From: Amphiscolops sp. MND2022
Taxonomy: Eukaryota
Length of the DNA stretch: 64,000 nucleotides
Reading direction: 5' to 3'
Assembly (NCBI GenBank): GCA_964187785.1
Contig: OZ076409.1
Span: 61,320,001 to 61,384,000, forward strand
The first letter of the stretch is position 1, and each line of letters opens with the position of its first letter. The position numbers and the translations under genes were made by a program. Positions 48,294 through 60,189 of this stretch are shown one piece after another. A model generated the notes under the pieces. The model had not been told where the DNA came from. It saw nothing but the letters and a program-made list of their open reading frames with translations, and did not search any database.

Positions 48294-50137
48294 TATGATT
48301 TGAAAGTCACGCAAGAATCATGGTAAACCTCTGTAGGAAGAAGCCGTTCGGTCGGAAAGCACATTAGTGAGACTCAAAGTTTCTTTTCCCGTTTCATGGT
48401 GTTCGTGTTTTCGGAAAAGAACTGTTAAATCAGCCGTTCGATTCTTCCAACGAAAAACTGTTTTTTGAAAGGTCTTACAAAATTTGTTATTCTTGAAGAA
48501 GCAAATCACGAAAATTAGCATTTGACTATGCAAATTCAAGTTTTTACTCCATGTGATTTGGAGGCAAGACAAGAAAACAAACCGAGTAATTTTTCAAATC
48601 TGGTCAGTGGAAGATTCGAAATTAAGATGACGATCATCAGTTTGTGTCAATGAAGCAGAAATCTGTTCGAATTTACCAAAGTAGTTCCACCAACAGTTCT
48701 GAATATTCGTCCTATTATATAGAGTTTACAGTTGTGCGTGAATTGAAAAGCTGGACGGAGATCGAAGATCGGGATTTCGTGATAATGTGAATATCTGATT
48801 TTTTTTTCAATTGACCAGTTTTCCATGATATTTTCCACCTTGAGAGCGCTTTTTTGAACCTAATGGGCCTTTCGATTTTTACGGCCTTGAGATTGTCCAT
48901 AAATTCCAATAGAGGCCCCTGAGTGTATATAAAATAGTTTGGTCTATTTGAGCTCTGAGCGGGGTTTCGACATATATCGGTCCCTGCTTGTTGTGACTTC
49001 TGAGTCGACGAACGAAAAAAATTGAACTTCATAGTTTTCAAAGAACCCAGGAAATCCTATCTCGGACGACGTATCGATGAAGAAATTTAATACTGTTACA
49101 GACACGTTTCAACCCTTCATTTACGGTTTTGCAATATTGTTATTTTTCCTCTGCATGATGCCGCCTGTTCGCTGTCACGTTAGCAATGGGTGACGGGTGC
49201 TAACATTGAATTATACCTGAAATTCATTTCTTTGTGATTGAACTATACTAGCTACACTTTCTTAGGAATCATGTTTAGGCGGAGCGAAGCGAAGCCTATT
49301 GCGATTCGATTGTCAGAGGCATATTTCAAATCTCGTAATTTGATATGACTTCACGTTAGGTGGGGTTGTTGCGGAAAGTTTAGCCCCAATAGTAGGAAAA
49401 AAGTCATGAGTTTCATTACATATGGAGTTTTTGGTATTTCGTGGTTCGGTCTCAGACGGTTTTTAAAGACTTAAAAATTGTCTTTGCGGAAGGATTAGTT
49501 CCAAGTTTTCGCAATTTGTGTTCTTGTTGGGCTGCTGTAACTGAAGATGTTAGCCTATTTTGTTGATTTTATTTTTTTCTCTTGTGTAGTCACTAGGCTC
49601 TTTTATCCATTTCTCGAAAAGGAGGTTTCTTTTGGAAATTGCATTTTTAGGCGGAACTAAGCCTATTGCCATTCAATTTTCAGTCTAATTTCACTTTTGC
49701 TGCCAAAACGTTTGACATTGACCAACTTCTCAACCTTGAGCCCTTATTTCTCGTGCTCTATGATGGGTACGAGTTTCGATTTTTCACAAAAAAACCGACA
49801 CGGCTTTGGGCTACCTCCCAATGAAAAAAGGTTCAAATGGGGTTACTATTATGCAACTGTTCGTGCAGTTGTGTTCTTGGTCTGGCTTGAAGGTTGTAAG
49901 AAGTGTCCCTTTCAGATTGAAATTTGTCATATTACAAAACAAACTTGCCATGGTAAGATTCGGGCACTTTTTCTTGCGAAAAGCGCTGACAATGTAAAAC
50001 ATAGTCGATGATATTCACTGCTATTCTCCAACTGTTTTGATACGTTGACGCATTGTTCTAAATGTTCTCCGAACCAAAGTACTGGGATAATTAAATTCGA
50101 CTCAAAATTTGGTAGCAAATGTCCAGTAGTAGTAGTA

Positions 50138-50300
50138 CAGTAAACCCTCGATTATCCGCCACCATCGGTCCAGCGCGAACTATGGCGGATAAATGAGAGT
50201 GGCGGTTAATCAAGGGAGCTTAGACACGGGTGGTATAGCAAAATGTCCCCGTAGATTTGTGGCGGTTGACCAAAGGTGGCGGATAATCGAGGGTTTACTG
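50138..50300. mobile_element. Tigger/pogo-type MITE (163 bp)
   Basis: Perfect 26-bp TIR CAGTAAACCCTCGATTATCCGCCACC; TA on both sides. Confidence 0.92.
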
Positions 50301-50585
50301 TAAATGTACGCTAGTAGCAAATGGGCTATTACAGTGGAGTGAGTCCGCTTAAACCGATAACGAGGCGACCAGAGGTTTGGTTCGGTTGGAGCGATTTATC
50401 GGTTTACAAATTCAATGTTCAAAAATCTGAATTCAAAATTTTTTCTGAACAAAAAATGAATCAAGTAAACTTGATATTGTCAGAACTCGATATTGTCAGA
50501 GTTATAGCCTTTTGTTTCATTATTGAGTCCCTGATTTTAGAGAAACAATGTCCATTGTTTTGAATCCGATTCTGGTCGATTTATA

Positions 50586-51075
50586 CAGTCGAACTTGGAT
50601 TAGTGCAATTGCTATTAGTGCAATATTGCTTTTAGTGCAAGTCTCGTCAATGTCCCGGCTATATCGCTATCTTTTTAATCTAAAAAGATACGGATAAGCG
50701 CCATCCCTTCGATAGATGTTTCTGATGATTTCATTGATGCTGATCAGTCGCTTTCCGTATACGAGTCGGTGTGGGCTATACCAGCTAATCAAGAGACAGA
50801 CGACCCCGATCAAGTCGACTCTGGGGATGAAATTCAGGCCATTAGTCCAGCCCCAAGTTACTCTGACGTTAACAAGTGCCTTAAAGTTGTATGTGCGTTC
50901 ATAGAAAATGCCGAAAATGGCGCATCGATGATAAGTAACCTAAATCAATTGAAGGACTATCAACTTGGAGCACGATCAGAGTCGTCGACAAACCCAAATA
51001 ACCGATTTCTTCGTGCAACAAAATTCAAGTGACATTCCGTCATTAACACCTGCACCAGATTTGCTTTAGTGCAAT
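50586..51075 (+). mobile_element. Tigger/pogo deletion derivative (left TIR plus acidic transposase C-terminus)
   Basis: TA|CAGTCGAACTTGGATTAGTGCAA with TTAGTGCAA repeats; acidic tail and a QTQITDFF-like motif near 50988-51011. The right end is replaced by a foldback hairpin. Confidence 0.65.
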
Positions 51076-51132
51076 TTTGAATTGAACTTTGGAAAAAATT
51101 CAATTCAAAATTGCACTAAAGCAAATCTGGTG

Positions 51133-52540
51133 ATCCAATAAAATAATTGATGTCGACATAATCTTATCCATTACATTGACCGTCAGTTGAAAGTTTCTCA
51201 TTAGAGATTTTATAGCGGACAAAATTTGCGCTGAAATAGGGCATTTTTATACGATTTTAGGTCGTTCCAAACGTGAATTTCTGCTATTTTGGACAATAAT
51301 ATCAAAAAACTATGGTAATGTTTTGCCTGAATTGTCCAAACAGTTGTAGAGACAATCCTCTAAGTTTATACATTCATTACACTTGCGATAAGCAAGTGTT
51401 ATGGGAAAGTGCGGGTGCTTTTTTTTTCCGCGCGACAACTCTCTCGTTTCAGACCGCAAGTCGCATAATTCAGACTTTTTTGGTCTAGCGGTAAGATGCT
51501 TGCTTTTCAACCCAGAGGGTCCGGGTTCGAACCCGTGCCTATGCGCTAATTTTTTTTTACAAAATTTTCGAAGCAGAAGATTCTCACTTTTTTCGACAAT
51601 ATGAGACTCCCCCTCCCCCCTTTTCGGCTTTTTGAGACTTATTTTCGAAAATTTTTTAATGTCCCCAAAGGGTCCTCCCTTCATTTTTTTGATATTTTGC
51701 AACAGAACGAACGTTAGAAAATTCAAAAGGGTCTCTTCTTTCAGATTTTTCGGCACTATGAGACTGTTGAAAATTCGCATTTTTTTCGAAAATTTTTCGA
51801 AGTCTTCAAATGGTCCCCCTCAATTTTTTTTGAAATATCGCAAAAGAATGGATGTTAAAAAATCTCAAAGAACCCCCCTTTCACAGTTTTCGGCCTTGTG
51901 AGATTTTTCAAAAGTAATAATTTTTGTCTTAAAGTTAGGTTTTCTCAGGCCCAGCACGCTATATCCGATTTTTTTTTCAAAGACCGGTGTTTTTCATATG
52001 CGACTTTTTCAATTTTTTTTTCATCGAAGTCCCCCCTCAATTTTTACCAAAAATGGTGACTCTAAAGGACTCGTCAAGGTTTTCGGCACTATGAGACTTC
52101 AAAAAAATTGCCGGTGACCTTCAAAAAAATTTTTCGAAAATATTTTGGAAAAATTTCGGAAAATTTTTGAAAAAAATTCAAAAAATTTTCCTTCAATTTT
52201 CTGTTTGTTTTTAAGGTTTTCCGTTGAGGAAGATGGGTTTTTTGCTGTTTTCAGTTGGGGAAGAATGGTTTTCGAGACTTATGCCCATCCCTTCGGGTAT
52301 TTTTTGGCGCTGTAAAATTGATGAAATTTTAACATACTCCTTTTACCCTTGGTTCTACGTATGATATTGCTTATTTGGTTTTCAAAACTTCGCAAGTGTT
52401 TGCGAAGCACGGCTTCGCCTCTGTGTATAATATTCTCTTATCTCCTATCAGAAATATTTTTATTCAAGAACAAAATGTGCTTTCGTGCTGGGGGGAATTC
52501 CCAACAAGGTGTACCTGGGGGGATAGATGACATGGTCCAA
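51133..52540 (+). repeat. Family E repeat, interrupted by 51378-52426
   Basis: Colinear with 16310-16511 plus 17381-17560; lacks the hAT (empty site). Confidence 0.8.
51378..52426 (+). mobile_element. Helentron/Helitron2-like element, family D, with tRNA-like A/B boxes
   Basis: 5' palindrome ACACTTGC-GATAA-GCAAGTGT; 3' subTIR TCGCAAGTGT; hairpin GCGAAGC-ACG-GCTTCGC; end CTCTGTGT. No TSD relative to the empty site CATTCAT|ATAAT at 17468-17479. A box at 51481-51491 and B box at 51524-51534. Confidence 0.85.
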
Positions 52541-52599
52541 GTGGTATTTGGTGGTGAAAATACGATTTCGATTCGAGAAAAATTCCACTGTTTCCCATG

Positions 52600-53530
52600 A
52601 GCACTGCATAATCAATTATCATACACACGTTTCTTCCATCTCTGTTTCGAGTTCCATTTTTGAAGCCAATTCTCGAATATTTCATATGTCATTCATGCTT
52701 TTCTCGAAAACGAATATCAACAAGAAGGCTAATGACTTTTGAAAAATCTAGGTTTTTCGAACTTTCCAATAACGAAGAGAACTTATCCAAACCTGTTGCA
52801 TTTGATGCAATCAAAACTGTAACTCGCTCTTTACTTTTTCTACCATCGTGGCATGTTTCATTTCTTGTACAATAATTGCGATGGGTAAAAGCCTCCATTA
52901 AAGGCCAGTCTCATCTGCGTTGTAAATATCACTGAAATCCTATTTTGACATGATTGCTTGTCCTTTTGTACCATCCAGGATGTAACTGTCTCCATGTCAA
53001 CAGTATCTGCTTCTCCAACTATGGCTCTACTGGTTAGTTGATGCCTTATTTTCCACCGCTGAAACGAACCTATTGATTATTTCCATGTATATCCGAAACG
53101 ATTTGCAAACTCGTCGGCTTTTTGTCGTCATATTGGGCCATTAAGGGGTAAATTGTTTGCTCGCGTTTCTTGAAACCATATAAATATGGCTTTATCAACT
53201 TCCTTGTGGGTTGATTGTTTTCTCTTCTTTGCAGGTGAACAGATGAATCAGTATTCCCGTTTTCAATTTCGTTCCTGTTCAACAAAATAGTAGCAAAAGT
53301 AGACTGTTTGATTCCGTTCTGAATACAAAACTGTGTCTGGGAAGTTCCAGTAGCCCTATCGTATTTGGCGATAAGATGTGTGAACCAGGTTATAAAATAT
53401 ATATCAAATGATTAAATTCAATACGCAATCGTTTCATCCAAGCAAAATACAACATAAAATTGAACGCTGTTCAGTTTCACAGCTATCGATTTTTCGTTAT
53501 CGGAATTTATTCATTATCGGAATCAGTTGA
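52600..53530 (-). mobile_element. Tigger/pogo (CENP-B-like) transposase pseudogene
   Basis: Fragments GIKQSTFATILLNRNEI, FQRWKIRH...GEADTVD, DIYNADETGL and GRKSKERVTVLIASNATG; frameshifted. Confidence 0.85.
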
Positions 53531-54143
53531 ACCAATTATGTTGTCATAGTCCGGGACTTTCACACGCTAAAATTTTGGACAAATAATCGGAGCAATGGCT
53601 GAATTCCATTCAATTTTCGCGAATTTTTGTACAAAAACAACAGTTATTTGATAATTTCTGGGGCCATACTTTGGCGGTCTGAACTGACAATATTTGAAAT
53701 CTAGAGTTACTTCAAAAACGTCGTATTCCGCAAATTGCTATTTCCGCTGCAAAGTCGCGCCATGTCACGGAGCATTCTAATCGGCTAGAAAATCACGCTA
53801 ATTCACGCGCGTGATTTTATGTTGGCCTTACCTATTATTTAGCAAACGTCCTGTACCCTATGTTGCCGGCCATTGACACAGCTATTTGCAATATAATTTA
53901 TTCAATCAAGTAATTTCTAGTGTGAGCGAGATTGAGCCATTGTTGGAATTCGTGGGTTATTTACCCCGACAAAGATTAGACAAGTCACCAATGCACCCCG
54001 AAACATCTTACAACAGGCATCCGTCGGCCAAAGAACCTGAACTGTATCTACAGTTTTTTAGATATCTCTAGCTATGTTTGCAAGTCTTTAAACAATATTT
54101 GGACTCCCAGTATCCTTTTCTGGAGTTATTGGATTAAGTTATA

Positions 54144-54784
54144 TTTTTAGGAGTCGGAAAAAATTTTCGACTACTTATGCAATCGTGTTGTTTTTTTTTT
54201 TCTCCCGACCTTTTCATGAAAATTTCAAATTTCTCAAAAACTGTCCATACGATTTTCACGAAATTTTGCACAGTCATTCTACACCCAAAGGGGCCCCTGC
54301 GTGTGCAAAGCCATCAAAATCGTATGGCTGGGATGTGAGAAACATAGCCAAAATTAGCCCAAAAATGGCCAAAAAACAGCCATTTTTCGACTTTTTTCGA
54401 TTTTCTCAAAAACTGTCCATACGATTCGAACGAAATTTTCTACAGTTATTCTACACCATATTAGAGTCCTATATGTGCAATGGCATCAAAATCGTATGGC
54501 TGGGATGTGAGAAACATAGCCAAAATTAGCCCAAAAATGGCCAAAAAACAGCCATTTTTCGACTTTTTTCGATTTTCTCAAAAACTGTCCATACGATTCG
54601 AACGAAATTTTCTACAGATATTTTACGCCATATTAGAGTCCTATATGTGCAATGGCATCAAAATCGTATGGCTGGGATGTGAGAAACATAGCCAAAATTA
54701 GCCCAAAAATGGTCAAAAAAGGGCCATTTTTCGACTTCAGAAAAAAACCTAAGCCGACTCCTTTACCGCACATGCGGCTCTGGT
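54144..54784 (+). mobile_element. Family B Helitron2/Helentron-like element with an internal 172-bp tandem array
   Basis: 5' AGGAGTCGG pairs with 3' CCGACTCCT; hairpin CCGCA-CA-TGCGG; end CTCTGG. The unit CATCAAAATCGTATGGCTGGG recurs at 54312, 54484 and 54656. Confidence 0.85.
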
Positions 54785-54789
54785 TTAAT

Positions 54790-55608
54790 TCTCCAAAGGC
54801 GAAAATGGAGAGTAATTTTTGTAAGCATTGCAATAATTTATGAAAAACTATTGAACTAAATATACCAGGAAACCATGGTCTGCCATCAGACGTCATATCC
54901 TATGCGGAAGAGTGGAAATCCGGTACCTAGTCTGGCATAGAATGATTGGATTCTGGAAAAGAATTACTTTGTCACAAACTAAGTATTCCAATATTATCTA
55001 TAACTGTATTAAATCATGTGGAAAAACAGACTTTATGAAAAACAGATCATGAGGAAATACAGAAAATTCTAATAGCGTGTGGTATACCTGCAGTTTTTGA
55101 ATACCCAGCTGAGATATCAATCACACTTGATGAGATTTTTGAAAGCACAACTGAGGGACGCTGCTTCACAAACCTGGCGAACGTCCTTGAACGAGAACAC
55201 TCTTTGTAAAACATACGTTTTATACAAATCCAATTTTGGCATAGAAAGATACCTTATCAACTTGAGACAACCTTACCGAAACGAGTTGAGTAGGTTCCGA
55301 TGTGCCTCTTTTGTGAACGCGCAGACAAGAGGAAGGGCTGGCGGACGAATATCATTTACTTCTAGTCTGTAAGAGCCTAAAGTCAGAGCGGGAAAAATAT
55401 TTAACGGAAGAGTTTCATAAGTACCCAACTCTTCTTAAACTAAATAGGTTGATGAATTTGGGTTGCACCTCCAAACTATATAATTTATTTAAGTTTTGTA
55501 AACAAATTACCAACCACGTTCGCTGTAAAATGCAAACTTTGTAATTTGTAAGCCCGAGTTGGGCAACGAATACGAATTGAAATATTCATTCATTCATATT
55601 CATTCATG
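54790..55608 (+). mobile_element. 3' end of a CR1/L2-group LINE
   Basis: MIGFWKRI and W..SLNENTLCKTY..YK..FGIERYL..L...R..LSRFR resemble an ORF2 C-terminus; terminal GCCC-GAGTT-GGGC hairpin and (ATTC)n tail. Confidence 0.7.
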
Positions 55609-55767
55609 CTTTGCTCCTCTGTGGTCTTTTTTTTCGCTAAAGCAGGATTTTTCATTTTGGACTGAGATTGAACAACAATCCTTTGTATTTCTTTCCGTTT
55701 TGTGCGGAAAAGTTTCTTGTTGAATGAACTGCTATAGTGCGAGTTTATTCATGTTAATATTTCTTAA

Positions 55768-56860
55768 CCCCAATTGACCTGGGCGTTTTTTTAAAATTTT
55801 CAAAAAATTTGATAAAAATTTTTAAATCATCAATATCTCAACTACGCGTACCAGAGAAACGAACTATAGTGCGTTTGAAAGGTCTGGTATTTTTGACTTT
55901 CATTTTGGTCAGGTGATCCTCTGTCGTCGCGCGCCCCTTCCTTCAGAATTTTAGTCTCTTTTTTAGTCGGCGCTTTTCGAAGAAAAACGCAGACTATAGT
56001 AGTGACTTCTTTTTTTTTAAGACCAACGAACTGACAGATTTTATAAATTTTATAAGTTGGTACTAAACCGGCGCGAACACTAAACTGTGTCACGCTACTT
56101 CACTGCCACTTGGCCACTACGACTTTTTCGAGGTCTGACGAGCAGAATGACATGGGTTCGAGTCCCGCCATGACCAAAATTTTTTTGTGCAAATTTGTTT
56201 TTTCGGCTTTGTGAGACTTTTTTCGCAAATATCTCCAAATGGTCCACCCTTCATTTTTTTGTCTATTTTGCAAAAGAATGGATGTTAAAAAACTTCCAAA
56301 GGGCCCCATTTTACATGTTTTGGCACTATGCGACTTACGGGAGACCAAAAAAATTTAAAAAATTTCAAAAAAAATCGGAATTTTTTTTTCAATTTTTCCT
56401 CAAACGGGTACTGTAGAAGAGAATACTTGACACTTTGAAGTCCTTTTATTTTTGAGCCTTAGATATGGCGCCGACTTGGGCCGTTCCCGGCTTGTTCGGT
56501 ACTTCGTGCGGCCCGCTGCGCGGGGGCTTGTAGTAACAACAGACTATTATTGGGGTTTGTTGCACAAGGACTTGCTGTGGAAGGGTATAGGGTTGGTTTT
56601 TTCTATTGATCAAAGACTTTTGAGAAAACTGGATTCCGTCAAAAACTGAATTTTTGGAAAATATAACCTTTTTGTGCAAAAAAAAATTTTCTCAGCTTTG
56701 GAGACGTATTCCCTTTTTGTAATGCTTGTGCCATATAAATCAATCTAGGTACCAATTAATTGTTGAAAAAAAACTGCTAGAGACAATGGGCTACTGGCAA
56801 AAGGAATCAGAATTTGGAAAAAAGGTAGGCTGCTTTAAAGCACCACTAGGTTCATTAGGG
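55768..56860. mobile_element. piggyBac-like MITE hosting a family C element
   Basis: TTAA|CCC...GGG|TTAA; reverse homologue of 32979-34219. Confidence 0.75.
55961..56496 (+). mobile_element. Family C Helentron-like element, complete
   Basis: 5' AGTCGGCGC (55965-55973) is the exact inverse of 3' GCGCCGACT (56468-56476). Terminal hairpin GCCG-TTCC-CGGC then TTGTT. B-box-like GGTTCGAGTCC at ~56155. Confidence 0.82.
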
Positions 56861-57101
56861 TTAATATTTCTGTGTGTGGAAATGATAGTTTTCCTAAATT
56901 CTATTGGAACGATTTTGCAGTTGTAGAAATATCATCCCGACCCGGAAGGTCCAATTTTGTGCTCAGATGTTTGTATAGAAGAAATTTTTGGACCATGTGT
57001 TCAATTTGTTGCGAATTCCCCCCTCCCAACACGAAAGCTCATTTCGTTCTCGAATGAAAGTATTTCACTTAAGGGAATATTATATAAATGTAAATGCGTA
57101 G

Positions 57102-57341
57102 AGGATTGTCTCCGCCACTTATCTCTGACACATGGTCCAAATTTTTCGATCTGCGAGTCGTTCACAGCTGTTTTTATTCACATAAATTAGAAGTTTGCGA
57201 AGATGTTTCTGGTATTAGTAGCTACTAATACCAGAAACATCTTTGCAAACTTTTAATTTATGTGAATAAAAACAGCTGTGAACGACTTACAGATCAAAAA
57301 ATTTGGACCATGTGTCAGAGATAAGTGCCGGAGACAATCCT
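57102..57341. repeat. 240-bp spacerless palindrome
   Basis: 120-bp arms centred between 57221 and 57222; 6 mismatches by manual comparison. Confidence 0.97.
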
Positions 57342-57753
57342 AGTATACAGTTTTTCACAACCACTGAGCTGAACTCAAAAGTTGAGGCTTATTAATAATT
57401 CTAGCTCCAGAGTCACGTCATGTATTATACTTTTTAAACGACCGAGTGCACGACCATTCTATAAGCACAATTTTTGTCAATTTAGTTTCAGCTAACTTGG
57501 TGACTGTGACTTGTGACAGAATAAAATAGAATTGTGAGTGCGCCGAAGGCGACAGTTAGATCATTCATTTGTTACTTATTTAGACGGCTTACGTTTTCTG
57601 GTGACTAATCATCAGCAAGTAACATTTACCATGATCCAAACATTTGACTCCAAAAAGCCCTATAGGTAAGTGTGTGGAAATAGTTAAGCTAACTGCGCAT
57701 AATTACACATTCATTTGCTTCAATTTTCATTGAATCTCTGAATCAAGAGATCG

Positions 57754-58892
57754 TTTTTAGTCCGGGCTTTTATAAGTAAAAGAGCCCGACCGTTACAGTC
57801 ACTCTTTTTTTAAGACAGACTCGAAGCGACGAACGTTAATTTATGCGGCAAACGGGGAGCGCATTTAAGATAGTGCAAAGGGTCCCCCTTTCAGTTACTC
57901 CATTTTTATCGTAAGATACAAAACCGGACGAGACTATAGGGTCCCCTCTGAGTTTTTTCGGCACTAGGCGACTTTTTCGAATTTGTTTTTGTCTCCAAAG
58001 GGTCCCCTTCAAATTTTTTGATATTTTACAGCAAACTGAAGTTTGGAAAAGCCCAAACGGTCCTCTTTCAAGTTTTTCGGCCCTCCCATTCTTATTTTTC
58101 GATTTTTCGTTTTTTTTTCGAAAATTTTTTAATGTCTCGAAAGGGCCCCCCTTCAATTTTTTGCACATGACGAAGTCAATGTGCATTGCAGTCCAGCTAA
58201 GTAAGTTTTTTTTCCACTATAGTCAACTTCATAATGAGCGCCTTTTAGAAAAAAAGCCAAAACCCCAGAGAGATTCGAACCTGCAGCCTCCCGGTTGCAC
58301 GGCATAAGTGTTGACCACTGTGCCATAGGGACGTTATTGAACAAAGTTGAACTGTTGAATATATACGATTTTTCGGCATTCGTATATAAACTATTAATGT
58401 ATACATTCGTATATATTAAAATAATCGATGTCTTCGTCATGTGTTGCGAAGCACCGCTTCGCCTCTGTGTTAAATATTTTGCAACATAATAGATATTTCA
58501 CAATCCCAAAGGGTCCCCTCTTTTAGATTTTTCGGCACGATGAGACTGTTCAAAATTGTTATTTTTTGTCTGAAATGAGGTTTTCTCAGTGTATATCTAC
58601 CAATATTTTTTTCCAGAACTATCCGAAACTTGGTCTTAATACCCTGAGTAAAGCGCTATATCCGAATTTTTGACGTTATATCCGAATTATATTCCGTTTT
58701 ACCAAGGAGGAGGCAGAGGTTTGAACAGCGCTCCCATTTGGGCCAGCACGCTATATCCGAAGTTTGAGTCGTTACACCCCGCAACAAAGTGGATTTTCAA
58801 AAAACCCAAAGGGTCCCCCTTTTACAATTTCAAAAAGTTTGAGCTTTTTGAGCCTTAGATATGGCGCCGACTTTAGACGTTCCCGTCTTGTT
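57754..58892 (+). mobile_element. Family C Helentron-like element with a nested family D copy
   Basis: TTTTAGTCCGGGC...GCCCGAC head; AAGGGTCCCC units; 3' GCGCCGACT-TT-AGACG-TTCC-CGTCT-TGTT. Confidence 0.78.
58161..58470 (+). mobile_element. Family D-type element (~310 bp) with an antisense tRNA-like sequence
   Basis: 5' hairpin GCACATGAC-GAA-GTCAATGTGC; 3' subTIR CTTCGTCATGTG; GCGAAGC-ACC-GCTTCGC-CTCTGTGT end. tRNA-like sequence on the minus strand at 58332-58262. Confidence 0.8.
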
Positions 58893-59150
58893 CCGTCTAA
58901 TAATTGTCTCATTTCTTCAATGTGTTTTCAATATTCCATTAATTAGAGTCTTTAGTTATACCTATCTTTATTCAAAGTATTTTCGATTTTTGATCTGTTA
59001 GGTGGCTCTTTTCAATCATCAATATATTCAAATTTAACAGCATTTGTTTATCGTTGACTGCCCATACTTCATATGTGGAAAACGACGTTATTCTACTCGT
59101 CGTTGCGTTTTGTCTTGTGTTAAATGCCAATGTCGTCATAACTAATTTTT

Positions 59151-59631
59151 ATTATTTCTGCGATAGCAGGAGTAATATTGAAATCTGAACTTGGCCACTT
59201 TTTTCAGTCAACTTTACGTACGCGATTCGAGTGCCTACTGAAAAATTCAGATATTTGGTTCAGCGGTGTGAATAAGCTTGAGATTTAAATTTCTCAAGTT
59301 GCCGACGACAATTCGTTTCTCGTGCGATGAAACGAGCGAGCGGTAATGATGCTTTCGTACGCAAAGTTATTGAAAAGAAGCGAACGAGTGTTAAATAATC
59401 GTTCGCCGAGAGCTTCGCCCGCATTCAAATGCGAATACAAACCCTCGTCTACGCTTAGTTATATTTTCTTTAGTCCGAGAAAAATTAAAGGCGGTGTAAA
59501 CTGGTACCGTCATTAATTGAGCGCTATATATTGATTAAACAAGAGTGTTTATTTATTCCTGATATGCTTCTATTAATGAACAGGAAAGCCTAAAAGCAGA
59601 AATAATACTATGCTCCACAGGGGCCTATATT
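59151..59631 (+). mobile_element. Family A HINE-like element
   Basis: ATTATTTCTGC head; GCAGAAATAAT subTIR; hairpin GCTCC-ACA-GGGGC. Confidence 0.8.
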
Positions 59632-59742
59632 CAATGAGTGAAAAAGTAGATAAAGATAATTATATATTCGATGTGTGGAAAAAATCAGCCAGTCAGTGTA
59701 CACCCAAATTGGTGGTTTTGTACCAAGTGTACAAACCATTTT

Positions 59743-60189
59743 GGTGGTTTCCCAAATGACATAAATGCAAATAACATAAAAATAAATTAATTCCCAGAAA
59801 ACATAAAAGTACATTGAATTCCTATTTAACATAAGAATAAAACATTATTATAACGTAGTCAGATATGTTCACGTACCCCTAGTGCCCTAAATGCAGGAGC
59901 GAAGCGAAGCGGAGCGACGTGCCATATGGCCATGCCTCAATGTTGCTACTTGGCGAAGGGAGCGAAGCGACCGAGCCATACAACAAATATGCAAACCTTT
60001 TCAAATAAATCAAGTTCCAACATATTGGCTGTAACAATGATTCAGCGCAAGCGAGAAAATGACGCAAGGTTGAATTTCAATTTTCAACCAATCAGAAGTG
60101 CTTAATTGTTTTATGTTTTCTGGGAATCAATTTATTTTTATGTTATTTGCATTTATGTCATTTGCATTTATGTCATTTGGGACGTAATC
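59743..60189. mobile_element. Foldback element with CCCAAATGACATAAATGC arms carrying cassette A
   Basis: ~57-bp inverted arms (59750-59808 versus ~60110-60182); cassette A at 59848-59992. TSD not resolved. Confidence 0.75.

Noticed and set aside
49274..49680. Two TTTAGGCGGA...AGCCTATTG heads resembling further HINE 5' ends
   Set aside because: No matching 3' subTIR or hairpin was found.
51474..51545. Functional tRNA gene
   Set aside because: The acceptor and anticodon stems do not pair, and it lies inside a mobile element.
58262..58332. Functional tRNA gene (minus strand)
   Set aside because: The T and anticodon stems are broken; only the A/B boxes and part of the acceptor stem remain.
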